Source of the DNA: Octopus bimaculoides
Taxonomy: Eukaryota
Assembly: GCF_001194135.2 (NCBI RefSeq)
Contig: NC_068997.1
Location: 38,636,586 to 38,700,585, forward strand
Direction: 5' to 3'
DNA: 64,000 nt
Shown piece by piece: positions 23,111 through 35,775 of this stretch. The number at the start of each line of letters is the position of its first letter. Within the stretch, counting starts at the first letter, position 1. The notes below the pieces were generated by a model. That model did no database searches. It was not told the origin of the DNA and saw only the letters and a program-made list of their open reading frames with translations. A program made the translations under genes and the position numbers.

Positions 23111-24271
23111 GTAATGTTTCTAATTAATTGTATTTAACAAGAAAACCTATTGCTGTTATGTTATAGTCAGAGATTAGGTATTTTAACATGCATGAAATGT
23201 GAATGGAAACAAAGTGCATCCTTCATTGCACTAATCAAATTTAAATTAGAAGCAGCTTATAAGATATTTCACAGTTATATTGTATGGAAAGATTGCTGAA
23301 ATTTTCTTTTGTCATTCTTTGAATATTTTAAAGATATACAAGTTGGAAAGTAGCAATTGATGGTTTTCAGGATTGTAAGAAGTTATCTTGCTATATCTTA
23401 TCATTGGCACTATACTGTGTTCTCAATTCTCACTAATTATATTGATCTAGTTATAAAATAGTTTATATAAAGAGGCACAGTTCACCACTGTATGCAGAGT
23501 GTTCACCTAGAAGAAAGGTAATTTTTATTTTTCATCCAATTAATTAGTGTCATTGTTATAGCTTCTGGCCATTTTCCTATTGGATTACTATATTGTGTTA
23601 ACCATAACTGAACTATATTCCAGATAAGTCTATTGATTTCTTGCATTGTTCATTGTGGCTCAGATTACAAAAAGTAGTACTTTGATATGTTGCAGGATTT
23701 TTTAGTCTGTAAAATTCTGTACTCTTTAAGTTAGGACCATTAGTCAAGTGTGGAGTGAATCTAGTGATGTATAAACTGTAAATAGATTTGGGATGTATTT
23801 AATTGCCATGGCAGATTGGTAACAGAGATGCATCAAGAATAAGGAATACCCAGTGGCAACTGTGAAAAAAAAAATGATTTCCTATTTTCAAATAAAAGGC
23901 TACTTCAGCTGTTCAAAGATTTAAATGAAGAGTGAACTTAGTGTACAGATTCTACTTGGTCACACAACCAGATAGAAATTCCATCCAAACTTCCCTCCAG
24001 TTATACACTTTGCTATCTTAAAAATTAAAGGACAATTTGGATAATGTTGTCCTAGATATACCATCTGAAAAAGATTGAATGGTTGCAGCTGGAAAGCTTT
24101 GATTGTAGTTGAGCATATATGATCTTTAGCTTAACAAGATAATTATTATCATATGTTTTTAATACTTCTTTTGACTAAAATATCCAAATAATAAACATTG
24201 CTAATTGGAGGCTTCATAATTCTGAAATGTTTTAAGATATCTTTAGTTGCAGGGAACAGTAACATAAACAA

Positions 24272-24890
24272 TCATCATCATCATCTTTTAATGTCCGCTT
24301 TCCATGCTGGCATGGGTTGGACGGTTTGACTGAGGATTGACAAGCCAAGAGGCTACGCTAGGCTCCAATTCTGATCTGGCAAGGTTTCTATAGCTGGATG
24401 CCCTTCATAACGCCAACCACTCCGAGAATGTAGTGGGTGCTTTTTACGTGCCACTGGCACGGGATCCAGTCAGGCGGCATTGGCAATAACCACACTTGAA
24501 TGGTGCTTTTTATGTGCCACTGGCATGGGAGCCAGTCTGGCAGCACTGGCATCGATCATGCTCGAATGGTGCTTTTTACGTGCCACCAGCATAAGTGCCA
24601 GTCAAGTGGCATTGGCATTGGCCACGACAACAATTTCACTTGACTCAACAGGTCTTCTCAACTGCTGCATATCTCCAAAGGTCTCATTCACTTGTCATTG
24701 CCTCTGTGAGGCCCAGCGTTTGAAGGTCATGCCTCACCACCTCATCCCAGGTTTTCCTGGATCTATCTCTTCCACAAGTTCCCTCTACTGTTAGGGTATG
24801 ACACTTCTTCACACAGCAGTCCTCATCCATATACAACACAAGACCATACCAGTGCAGTTGTTTCTCTTGCACACCACATTTGATTCTTGT
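24272..24890 (-). mobile_element. RTE-type LINE 3' fragment including the RT C-terminus
   Basis: ORF 24684-24872 LHWYG...GRDRSRKTWDEVVRHDL plus 3' UTR and (ATG)n tail. Confidence 0.88.
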
Positions 24891-25210
24891 TCTTCAAAAG
24901 CCTGGTTCCTAATGATATGCAAATCTCTTACAAACATATGATTGTATCCTCTTGATATAAGTATGGACATGTGATTGCTATGCATTTGTCTCACACTTCT
25001 GATATCAAGAGTATATAATATATACAGTTTCACTAATAATAAATATCCATGTTTTTTCCTAATGACATGGTAGAATTGTAATTACCTTACTCAATAATCT
25101 CTAGCATGTATCTTGTGGAATGATGAACATGATGCTCTCCTTCAAGCAAAGAAAGAGAGTGAGACAACAGAAACAGCTTCAGTGCCACTGGCATGGGAGC
25201 CAGTGGCACC

Positions 25211-26800
25211 GAAACTTACAAAGCAAACAAAATTGGTTTTACACAAAGCAATTAATTGCAAGTGAAATTAATAGGGCTTTTTTTTTTATCAGGAACATGA
25301 CATGAGAATGTAACAACACAATTATTAACAGTGGCAATCGGTGTTAATAACATTAATTATCTATGCTCAACTTAGTTTTATTCATCATCGTTTAACGTCC
25401 GCTTTCCATGCTAGCATGGGTTGGACGATTTGACTGAGGACTGGTGAAACCGGATGGCAACACCAGGCTCCAGTCCGATTTGGCAGAGTTTCTACAGCTG
25501 GATGCCCTTCTACAGCTGGATGCCCTTCCTAGCTTAAAATTTGGTCAGTCTTTTTTTCTATGTAATAGACGTCTTCTATCTTTTACTTGTTTCACTCATT
25601 TGACTGCGGTCATGCTGGGGCACTTCCTTGAAGAGTTTTAGTTGAACAAAGTGACCCCAGGACTTATTTTCTTTTAATCCTAGTGATTTGTTATTGTTAC
25701 TTGATAAGGCCAGTACAAAATCCATTGTGATAGTTAGTGAGCATAAATAATTTATAATATAAAGGTATATATCTCAATCTTTGAATTACTTTAGTCTTGA
25801 CATTCCTACTGCTACTCTGTGTCTAATATTAAATCTGAAAAAGGTGGCAAGCTGACAGAATCGTTAGCAGGCCGGGCAAATACTTAGTAATATTTCATCC
25901 ATCTTCATGTTCTGTATTCAAATTCCACCTAAACCAATTTTGCCTTTCATCCTTTTGAGGTCACTAAAATAAGTACGAGTTGAACACTGGGACTGATTTT
26001 ATCTAGTCAGGCCCTCTCCCCAAACTGCTGGCCTTGTACCAAAATTTGAAACCAATATTAGATCTGGAAATAACTAAAGACTGATTTAGGAAAATTTTAA
26101 AAATCTTTCCATAAAATGCAACTGTGAAAAATTATTAAAAGTTGCTATTTAATATTGAATAATAGAAACTGAAACTTACAAAGCAAACAAAATTGGTTTT
26201 ACACAAAGCAATTAATTGCAAGTGAAATTAATAGGGCTTTTTTTTTTATCAGGAACATGACATGAGAATGTAACAACACAATTATTAACAGTGGCAATCG
26301 GTGTTAATAACATTAATTATCTATGCTCATTAATTATCTATGCTCAACTTAGTTTTATTACAGCTTAAAATTTGGTCAGTCTTTTTTTCTATGTAATAGA
26401 CGTCTTCTATCTTTTACTTGTTTCACCTATTTGACTGCGGTCATGCTGGGGCACTTCCTTGAAGAGTTTTAGTTGAACAAAGTGACCCCAGGACTTATTT
26501 TCTTTTAATCCTAGTACTTATTCTGTAGGTCTCTTTTGCTGAACTGTTAAATTATGGGAACATAAACACACCAACACNNNNNNNNNNAAACTTACAAAGC
26601 AAACAAAATTGGTTTTACACAAAGCAATTAATTGCAAGTGAAATTAATAGGGCTTTTTTTTTTATCAGGAACATGACATGAGAATGTAACAACACAATTA
26701 TTAACAGTGGCAATCGGTGTTAATAACATTAATTATCTATGCTCAACTTAGTTTTATTCATCATCGTTTAACGTCCGCTTTCCATGCTAGCATGGGTTGG
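25211..26800. repeat. Local duplication/triplication of a roughly 170-470 bp block (copies start at 25211, 26171 and 26588)
   Basis: Near-identical sequence; copies 1 and 3 carry a LINE 3' end that copy 2 lacks; copy 3 is bounded by N-gaps. Confidence 0.9.
25841..26053 (+). mobile_element. SINE family A
   Basis: Family motifs; TSD aatatta(a/g)atctg. Confidence 0.82.
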
Positions 26801-27115
26801 NNNNNNNNNNNNNNNNNNNNNNNNNNNNNNNNNNNNNNNNNNNNNNNNNNNNNNNNNNNNNNNNNNNNNNNNNNNNNNNNNNNNNNNNNNNNNNNNNNNN
26901 NNNNNNNNNNNNNNNNNNNNNNNNNNNNNNNNNNNNNNNNNNNNNNNNNNNNNNNNNNNNNNNNNNNNNNNNNNNNNNNNNNNNNNNNNNNNNNNNNNNN
27001 NNNNNNNNNNNNTTAAATTTAACAGTCAAATATAGCCTTATACAGAAATGTTGACATAGGAATAAATTTCAATAATAATGGATATTAGCGTCAAAACTCT
27101 CTTTTAAATTTAAAA

Positions 27116-27149
<34 letters not shown>

Positions 27150-27152
<3 letters not shown>

Positions 27153-27312
27153 GGTGGGCTTCTTTTAGATTCTGTCTATCAAATGCACACACAAAGCTTT
27201 TGTTGGCTCCAGACTACAATAGAAGACACTTGCCCAAGGTGCCACACAGTGGGATTGAACTAGGAACCTTGTGGTTGGGAAACAAGCTTCTTACCACACA
27301 ACCATGCCTCTG
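27150..27312 (-). mobile_element. SINE family B, 5' half
   Basis: Reverse complement of 'gtgtggtaagaagcttg...ggcaccttgggcaagtgtc' next to (AT)n. Confidence 0.75.
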
Positions 27313-27591
27313 CCTATAAGATGTAGCAAGTACTTTTACATCATTAAAGTTATGAAGAATTTCTGGTGAAGTATATACCCTGCTCCTCCTCTTCATCATC
27401 ATCATTTTATCGTTTTCCCATGCTGACATAGGTGGGACAGTTTGACTGGCTACAACAGGTCAGATGACCTCTTCTTGCTCCAATATCTCATTGTTTGTAT
27501 GGTTTCTGTTGCTGGATGCCCTTCCTTACGCAAACCACTTTACTGAGTGGACTGCATACATTCTATTGTAGCTTCATCATTATAGAATTTC

Positions 27592-28030
27592 CTTGTCATC
27601 AGCTCACGGAAGATCAAAAGTCACAACTGAATGTGTGTCGTGAACTGAAAGTACAGTTGGAAGTTGATCCGAACCTTTTTCCGAAGGTCATCAGTGGTGA
27701 TGAAAGCTGGTGCAATGGCTACGACCCGTAAATGAAGCAGCAGTCAAGTCAATGGAAGCCTTCAATGTCACCATGCCCCCAATGAGAGGACAATGCTGAT
27801 TTGTTTCATTGATGTGAAAGGAATTGTTTACACAGTATTTGCTCCTCCTGGTCAAACTGTTAACCAAACATTTTACTTTGCAGTTCTGAAGCATTTGCAA
27901 GATACGGTGAGACAAAAATGCCCCAACCAGTGGCAAAGTGGAGAGTGATGGTTTCATCACGACAATGTGCTTCTACACACTGCTTTGAGTGTGAGACAAT
28001 TTTTGACCAAAAATGGCATTCCAGTTTCTA
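27592..28030 (+). mobile_element. Mariner transposase fragment (pseudogenised)
   Basis: PxQLTEDQK...ISGDESWCxGYDP*..KQQSSQW...FAPPGQTVNQTFY...HHDN; stops and frameshift; no TIR seen. Confidence 0.85.
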
Positions 28031-28715
28031 TTTGGTACCCCCTTGTACTCCTATGTTATACATAGGTGGGTAAAGTGGTGCAAGAAAGAAAGAGAAGTAA
28101 GGAATGGTAAGGGAAAGGTAGTGTTAGGGGATTAGTGAGCAGGAGTCACTGTGATAAGGGCAGTAAGGCGAGAGAATGAAGGAATTGAGTAAGAGGAGAT
28201 GCAATGCTAGCCCTCACCCATGTTATATATGGGTGGGTAGACTGGTGTGGAGGAGAGATTGATAAAATGATGAGAGGTCTTGATCTATCTTCGGGATAAC
28301 ATGTTCAATAAAGCATAGTGACAAGGGAGTCAGGGAGGGTGGGTAAAGGTCAGCCAAGTGCAATTCTTTCCTGCTCAAGCATCATTATTCTGGAGTAAAG
28401 ATAAATATAGAAGGTAGATGTATGAGGAAGGGAGATATTCAGTTATGCACAAATTATTTTATTCTCAGTTACACGTGTCATGGTATGGTGGATAGATGAG
28501 ATGAGAGGGTACAGAACAGGTACAACAAATAGGATAATAGACAGTGATGGTATGAAGGTATAGACTGAGCAAAAAACCCAAAGGCAAGGGAGCCAATGCA
28601 TACTAAGCATGAATGGGAGGTTGGAACTTCCGCAACATCAGTTCTTGGGATCATTTGTCAACACTTCATCTAGTCTTCCTCAGTCTTTTTATATATATAT
28701 GATTTGTATAAAAAA

Positions 28716-29017
28716 GAGTAAAGATCCCCTCAGTCATGAGTGACCTTGGGATTGCACCTAGAAAGTTACCCTCTGAGGCAAAAGTCCAGGCAAGGTTATT
28801 AATGGAAGACCAGCAAGTTGCCCATGCATGCCAACCTCCCTTCTCCATGCCACCAATGTTATCCAAGAGAAAGGTAAAGGCTGATACAGCTTGGCACCTA
28901 TAACTGAACGGGAGCAATGTGAAATAAGTGTCTTGCTCAACACACAGCCTGTTTCAGGAATTGAACTCACTACCTCATGATTGTAAGCCTGACACTCTAA
29001 CCATTGAGTCATGCACC
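28716..29017 (-). mobile_element. tRNA/CORE-like SINE family C
   Basis: Minus strand reads A-box 'tgactcaatgg', B-box 'agttcaattcc', CORE-like 'ttgagcaagacacttatttcac' and a LINE-like tail ending 'gggatctttac'. Confidence 0.75.
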
Positions 29018-29275
29018 TTCATGATATGTATATTTACTGAGAATGATATGCAATTCTAGGTTTCTGTACTAAATTGAGTTTTGTACATATACTATTATGA
29101 ATTCAGTGTAGGATTTACTGAAAGTCAGCAATGTTGAGACAAATGACTGAAGAAATTATTTCATAAATCTTACCAATATAGATCAGTAACCTGAAAATTA
29201 TGATAATCTTTAAAAATTTGATGGTTATGACTTGTTAATAAAATTCAGAAAATGTTTCTGTTGATTAAGTTTAAT

Positions 29276-30678
29276 TTAACCCTTTAGCATTCAGATTACT
29301 CTCTCATATACACGGTACGGACAGTATTTGAGGACAGATTTATGGTTTTAAAAAACTCTTATATAATAACAGAAAAAAAAAATGGCATTTTTATAAAAAT
29401 AACATAAGCATAAAGCTAAGTTATCAATTTAATAATTTCATTCAATAAAATTATGATAAGCATCAATAACTGCCTCAACATGGGGTCGAACTCATTTACA
29501 CGCTTGGATTATGTGGTCCTTGTTTATATCGAACATGACTCGAACTATGGCAGGTTTCAAAGAATCTTTGGTGCTATGGGGGTGTTCATTGGCATTTTTC
29601 TCAATGATGCTCCACACATTGTAGTCCAGTGGATTGAGATCTGGAGAATTACAAGGTCAAATGTTGGGGGTGATGTGATCATGCAAATTGTCGGCCATCC
29701 ATTCTTGTGTCATTTGAGCCTTGTGTGATGGTGCAGAATCTTGTTGAAAGACATAAGGCCTTCTGTTGCATACACTGTTGACCCAAGGCTTAACTTTATC
29801 CAGGACCTCAATATACACAGCAGCATTCACCCTAAGGCCTATGGAAAAAAGTGAGGAGGCATCACATGTCCTTCATTGCTAACAACACCCAAAACTATGA
29901 CACTTGCAGGAAATTTTGTGTGCATTACTCTTGACACCTCAGAAGGGTCTGCTCATAGCCATCTGTCATTTCTTCTGTTAGTTTTCTGGTCCTTGTCAAA
30001 GTTTTTCTCATTTGAGGAAAACCAAATCACACCATCCTCTGATTAAATGGTTTTCTTTTTCCTGACATGAATTGGCCTCTCCTCATCATGTAAGATTTGT
30101 ATCTGACTTCTTCATGCACAATATTTCTGAATGTTTTTTCTGATACATGAAATTTTTTGCAATTGACCTCATTGATTTTCCTGGATTGTCTTCAATGTTT
30201 TGCTTAACTTCCTGAATAAATTCATGTGTCCTGATAGAATCAGAGCGTTTGGAATGTTTTTTTTTGCGTTTTGATACAGGTAATACTCTTCCATCTTCTT
30301 TCTCTAACTCGCACCAAATCTTGTGGACAAAAGGTCTTGCAACTTTCAGAAAGCGAGAAATTTCTAAATCATTATGCTTAACCTTCAAAGCCACAATCAC
30401 AGCATGCCTTTTCAGTTCATTAGTAAGCATGCGGTGTGTCATTGTTATTTTCTGAAGTTCAATAAAAATTAGTTAAATAAAATAATGACTGAAAATACAC
30501 ATGTCCTCAAATACCATCTGCACCCTGTACAATGCTTATTTATGCACATTGTTTTTAATTAATTATGTATTATTTCATAGCTTTGAAATTTCAACGATGT
30601 GATTGTTTATTTTTGGAATGATGCAGTAGGAGAGATATGAGAGGTTATGTCTGGCCAGTTTGAATGCTAAAGGGTTAA
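29276..30678 (+). mobile_element. piggyBac-like MITE split by a maT-type transposon
   Basis: TTAA-CCCTTTAGCATTCA at 29276 and TGAATGCTAAAGGG-TTAA ending 30678; the two halves join into the family sequence. Confidence 0.85.
29311..30527 (-). mobile_element. Tc1/mariner superfamily, DD37D (maT-type) transposon, full-length but degenerate
   Basis: About 26-bp imperfect TIRs (CA(C/G)GGT...GTATTTGAGGACA) with TA on both sides; N-terminal ORF 30086-30442; QQD...37 aa...SPDLNPLD; internal stops. Confidence 0.88.
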
Positions 30679-30812
30679 ATTAAATATGTTTGAAATTGAA
30701 CTGTTGATGCTGCTTTGCTGGTTGGACGACTGTGGTAATAGTAGCATTGTTTATTATATTGTGTACATGTGTTTTATAATATTTATTGTGTTACCGTTTC
30801 TATTTTCATCAG

Positions 30813-31128
30813 GTGGTTTGAGATGAGTTGTTTACACCTCCAAGATCCAGCCCATAATATCACTGTTACTACTTATTCTCAACCAACACCAATTCCAACA
30901 CCTTATGTATTGACTGCTCAGGACCGAACTCCCACAGATTATCCTTTGCGCTGGTCAGGCCTTGCTGTGACAATTGGGCAAGTAGTAGAAGAGGCCCAAC
31001 CACATATTGGGCGTTCTAATTGGCAGTTAGCTTTAGCTGGTGTCAGTCGCTACCAAAGTTTAAGTTTAGCTGCTCAGGTATTGGCTTACCTCTATAAACA
31101 ACAGTTTCCAACATCATATATATCTTGA
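30813..31128 (+). CDS. PRRC1: PRRC1 coding exon 9, last (WFEMSCL...DYPLRWSGL...LAYLYKQQFPTSYIS*)
   Basis: catcag|; matches DYNLRWSGLLVTVGEV...GMYKQ; TGA ends at 31128; AATAAA near 31236. Confidence 0.95.
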
Positions 31129-32249
31129 AGTATATTATTTTTTGGGGTTTTTTTTCTTAGAATGTACTAAAGGAATCTAAACATTACAATCCTCTCTCTC
31201 TATTTTTATTTCGAAAATGCAATAATTTGTACTTAAATAAAATGAGATTTTATAACTGGTGATCAAATCATTTCAAACTTGAGGTGACAAATAACTAACG
31301 ATATCTAAAATTGAGTTTGTTTTGTAGGTTTTTCCACTCATATTTATAAGTTCTTTATTTCCACATTTTAGATTTATTTTATATATGTATCCATGTCACA
31401 GAATTATCTAAATTTTCATATATTTCCTTATTTATTAAGCTGTTAGTCTAAGCTGTGCTGACACTTGAACCATTTCTTTTATCTTGTGCTTTTTTGATTT
31501 GTTAATTTTTCTATATCCAAGACAAAGAAACAGTTGTTCTTAATCTTACTGGATTGCATTTATAAAGTTCTAATTCTTTAATATTTGCTTTCCTTTTGTA
31601 TTTAATTCTTATTTAAGCAGGTAGGTATTCACCTCTATATCTAAATGTGATGTACAGTAGTTGTGGTATAACCTACAATAATACAACGGAAGAAAAATTG
31701 CTATTTAAGTTACCTGAAAATAACTAAGGAAGCATATTTTCAGGAATTCATTTCAACTGTGATTCTTCTGTTAGTTTATTTGTTATAACACTTCAATGTT
31801 TTGGAATAATAAATATTTTATACTATTATTTCACATGTACATTTTTTTTTATTTAGCTTTTTTCATTTAAAGAGAAACCAAAATTAAATATTGTTGGGTA
31901 AAGATTTTGGCCTTAGACTAATGTGAAAATGATCTAATAACTGGCCTGATATAATGACAGTTAGGGGTGGAATTTATTTATACCCAGCAATATACTGTCA
32001 TATATACAGTAAAACAATAAACTGTTTTACTTCAATACTTATTTTCATCAGATATAAAATATGAAACTACATTTGAGCATCATGATTTCATATTGCGTTC
32101 AGTACTGTTTCAAAAAAGATTTTTTTCACATATTAAATATTCTAATAGAATAAGTGAGTAGTTGACATAAATCCTTTGTTTGATAACTATTATTTTCTTT
32201 CAGTAAACAGATAGTATTCATTATTGTCATTCATATATATATATATAAA

Positions 32250-32379
32250 GACAATAACTTAGATGGAAATTCATAGACTTTATTAATGCACCACATCATG
32301 TGTTTCTGCATCTCATGTGCAGAAACACATGTTGTGATGCATCAGTAAAGCCTATAAATTTCCACAAGTCATTATTGTT
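32250..32379. repeat. About 130-bp foldback hairpin / MITE-like element
   Basis: Arms 32250-32310 and 32318-32379 are imperfect reverse complements around a 7-nt loop. Confidence 0.8.
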
Positions 32380-32400
32380 ATTATATTTATCCTAAGCAAT

Positions 32401-32608
32401 GTGGGAGCTGGCAGAAACATTAGCACGCCGGGTGAAATGCTTAGCAGTATTTCGTTGTCTTTATGTTCTGAGTTCAAATTCCACTGAGGTCACCTTTGCC
32501 TTTCATCTTTTGGGGTTGATAAATTAAGTACCAGTTGCATACTGGGATCGATCTAATTGATTGGTCCCTTCCCCCAAAATTTCGGGCCTTGTGACTAGAG
32601 TAGAAAAG
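32401..32608 (+). mobile_element. SINE family A, 'gactagagtagaaaag' tail variant
   Basis: 16-bp TSD tatatttatcctaagc. Confidence 0.85.
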
Positions 32609-32844
32609 TATATTTATCCTAAGCTGAAAGGAGTTCTACTTGTATAACCGTTCCATCAGATTACACTGGGAGATGGGACTGGCAGGTGGTAGCCGACAAC
32701 CAGAAGCATAGGAGTTTTTAAGAGCACATTCTAAGGCTTTTGCCCAAAACAAACTAAATGGATGTGTGTATATATAATTACATCACCGAATTTGTTAAGA
32801 AGAAGGTCATATATACTTGTATATATATTTATATATATATATAA

Positions 32845-32898
<54 letters not shown>

Positions 32899-33470
32899 CA
32901 GATGGTATATATTATGCATATATATGTATGTGTGTGTATATAGAAGAATGATGAACAAACAATAACAGGTATAAGGAATGTATTTATATGAATAATTCCA
33001 TATGTAATTTATATGATGAAAGTGGGTTGTGTTTTTAAAGCCATTTCACATGATCCATGAGTGGTTGATATAACAATGCATATTATGCAAGTCGGTGCAA
33101 TACTGAGACATAAGCATAAAAACAAAGATAGTATCCACTCACACACATTTTGGTGGCTGAGTATTTCTGTGCAACAAATTCACAGAATTATATTCAGAAA
33201 ATGAAGGGCAAGTGTGTGAACAGAGGTGGTGTTTATAACAATTTATATGCATCAATAAATTAGATAAAAAGATTTTCTAGGGTGGTTGTAGTAAGAGACA
33301 CAAGGTAGGTAAGGAATGGACATGAAGACACAAAGAGAAGAAGGGAAGGTATGTAAGGTGAAGGGAGGTGGGTATGAGTAAAGAATAGGAGGTAAGTGAC
33401 CCAGGTGATGGGGTGGAAAGAATGAAGAGACAAGGGGAAAGTAAAGAGAGGAAAAGGGACAACTGTGAGT

Positions 33471-33690
33471 CAGTGGTTCTCAATCGGAGTCGTATAAGAT
33501 TTTGTTAAAATTTATTTGCAATAAATCACTTATACTTCTACAATTACAATACACAAAATATTTTCATTTTTTAAAAATACAATTCTTAATAATATTTAAT
33601 TATAAAAATACAGTAGGATTTTATTTGAACATCGAATGGCTATGGGGGCCCCAGTAGAATAAAGTAGGGATCAAAGGGGCCCATAGGCAA
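33471..33690 (+). mobile_element. hAT (Charlie-like) MITE
   Basis: Starts CAGTGGTTCTCAA; related copies at 38770-39065 (opposite end) and 49725-50040. Confidence 0.6.
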
Positions 33691-35481
33691 AAAATGTTCA
33701 CTTTCTACAACCAAAAATAATGGGAAGGTAGGGTGAAGTGAATTGATCAAAGGAAATACATTAATCATACCAAAATCGGGGTGGGAGGTGGAGGAGAATA
33801 AAAATATAAATAAACCCTGTCATAGTGTAGAGATACACAGTATCAAATGTTGCAGTTGCACCAAGCATAGATATCCAATAAAGGGAGGAGCAATATGGCA
33901 AGGAAATGTGACAGCAAGCTACTAGTTAGATGGTACATTAATGGAGGTGGGGAAGAGAAAGTAAAAAAAAAAAAATGGGTGTGAAATAAACAAGGTCATT
34001 CAGTTCTGAAGACAAAGCTTAAGTATATTCCAAGATACATTTTGAAAGAAGGGAGTCTTAAAGGTGACAAAGCTATTTTGTCAAGAATATACTAATAAGG
34101 AGAAAATAAGTATTAGGGAAAAAGTGCAAGGAAAGATGTGGGATGAAAAGATAAACCCAAGGATTTATTTAAATTGGTTTGAGCATAGTATGTGGTAATA
34201 GGTAAAAGACTTGTAAAATTAATAACAGAATGTAATTACATCACCGAATTTGTTAAAGAGGAGGTCATCATTCTGATATAATATTTCTAGGGATTCTTGG
34301 CTGTGTAGATTACATGCTAGTTGGCTTCCTTGGTATGGTATTCAAGTCTTCTTGAAGGACCTGGAGATACCAAATATTATATTTTTGGCTTTGATGTAAG
34401 TGGCAAGCAAAGTAGGTTTTCACTTGATATTTGAAAAAGAGCTAATGTGTGCAAGATACTGGCACTTAGTCAATCGTTGTTACTTCTATGTATATTCTGG
34501 TGGAGTTATGTGTGATAGGAACTATACACCTACATACAACATTATAGCATAGACAGTGGTCTCACAAGAGACAATTATTTGATATTCTACAGTTGTATGT
34601 CTTCTTATCTCAAGTTAATATATGGATCTACATATATTATTATAAACAGTACCTCTGTTCACACATTCACCGTTTTCTTCTGAAGAAAATGCTATGAATC
34701 TGTTGCACAATGATGTTTAGCCACCAAACTTTGTGCTTTTATGTTTATGAGTACAAATTTTAACCTCTAATCTGAGTGTAGCTGTGAATTTCTTGATAGT
34801 TCAGCAAAGATGTTTCCTTTTTCACTGGGTCATCTTGTATTCATTTTCATTTTATATTTCCCTTTTACCTTGCCAATCAAGGAATTCATTTTCTTTGAAT
34901 GAGTCTGTATCTGACTGTGCCATTATTTTCTGGTTGCTCTTGTTAAATGCAACATTGACCTAATATGGCAAACACTTGTGTTAAATTTACTGCAGACTTT
35001 TATATCATCATGTTGATCCACCAAACTTAACTCTTGGTGTTTACTTATTAATATTAAAATTCCTTTTTGCTATGTGAAAGCAGTTTGATAATACTGACTC
35101 AAGACTCTTGTTGAGATGGAATATTTGAAGATTGGCTGCTACAAGTAGTTATCTTACAGGTATTAATAAAATATCTGCATATCTACTTAAAAAAGTTTAA
35201 TAAAGTTTGATATCATCCTATTCTGTTGTGTTTTTTTTATTTATGTTTATGATTTTGTTTTTGTAATCACTTAAAAATGTGTGTTGTGCTTTTCAAATTA
35301 TTGATAATAAATGTCATTCATAATATTCATTTAGTCTGAAAGCTCCCTTTAGATTGTGACTTTTGCATCCTTGTATTGTGTAAACAAGCTTTTTATAATC
35401 TAGTATTATAACTAGTTAGAGAACAATTTTATGATTTATACCTGAGTAATTTGTATCCAGATAAAGTCAGGAGAGTGTAGA

Positions 35482-35775
35482 TCATCATCATTTAACATCT
35501 GTTTTCTATGCTGGCATGGATTAGATGGTTTCACTGGAGCTGGAGAGCTGCACCAGACACCAGTCTGTTTTGGCTTGGTTTCTATGGCTGGATATCCTTC
35601 CTAATGCCAACCACTGCTCAGCCTTGTACACGTCACTGGCATGGGTGCCTTTAACATGTCACCAGCATAGGTGGCTTTTACATGTCACTCTGGCCATGAC
35701 TACAATTTCACTTAGCTTGTCATGTCTTCTCAAGCACAACAAATTATCAAAAGTCTCAGTTGCTTGTCATTGCCT
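35482..35775 (-). mobile_element. RTE-type LINE 3' end
   Basis: (CAT)n tail, family 3' UTR and start of the RT stop region. Confidence 0.75.

Noticed and set aside
29453-29728. 91-aa plus-strand ORF in PRRC1 intron 8
   Set aside because: Antisense to the maT transposase.
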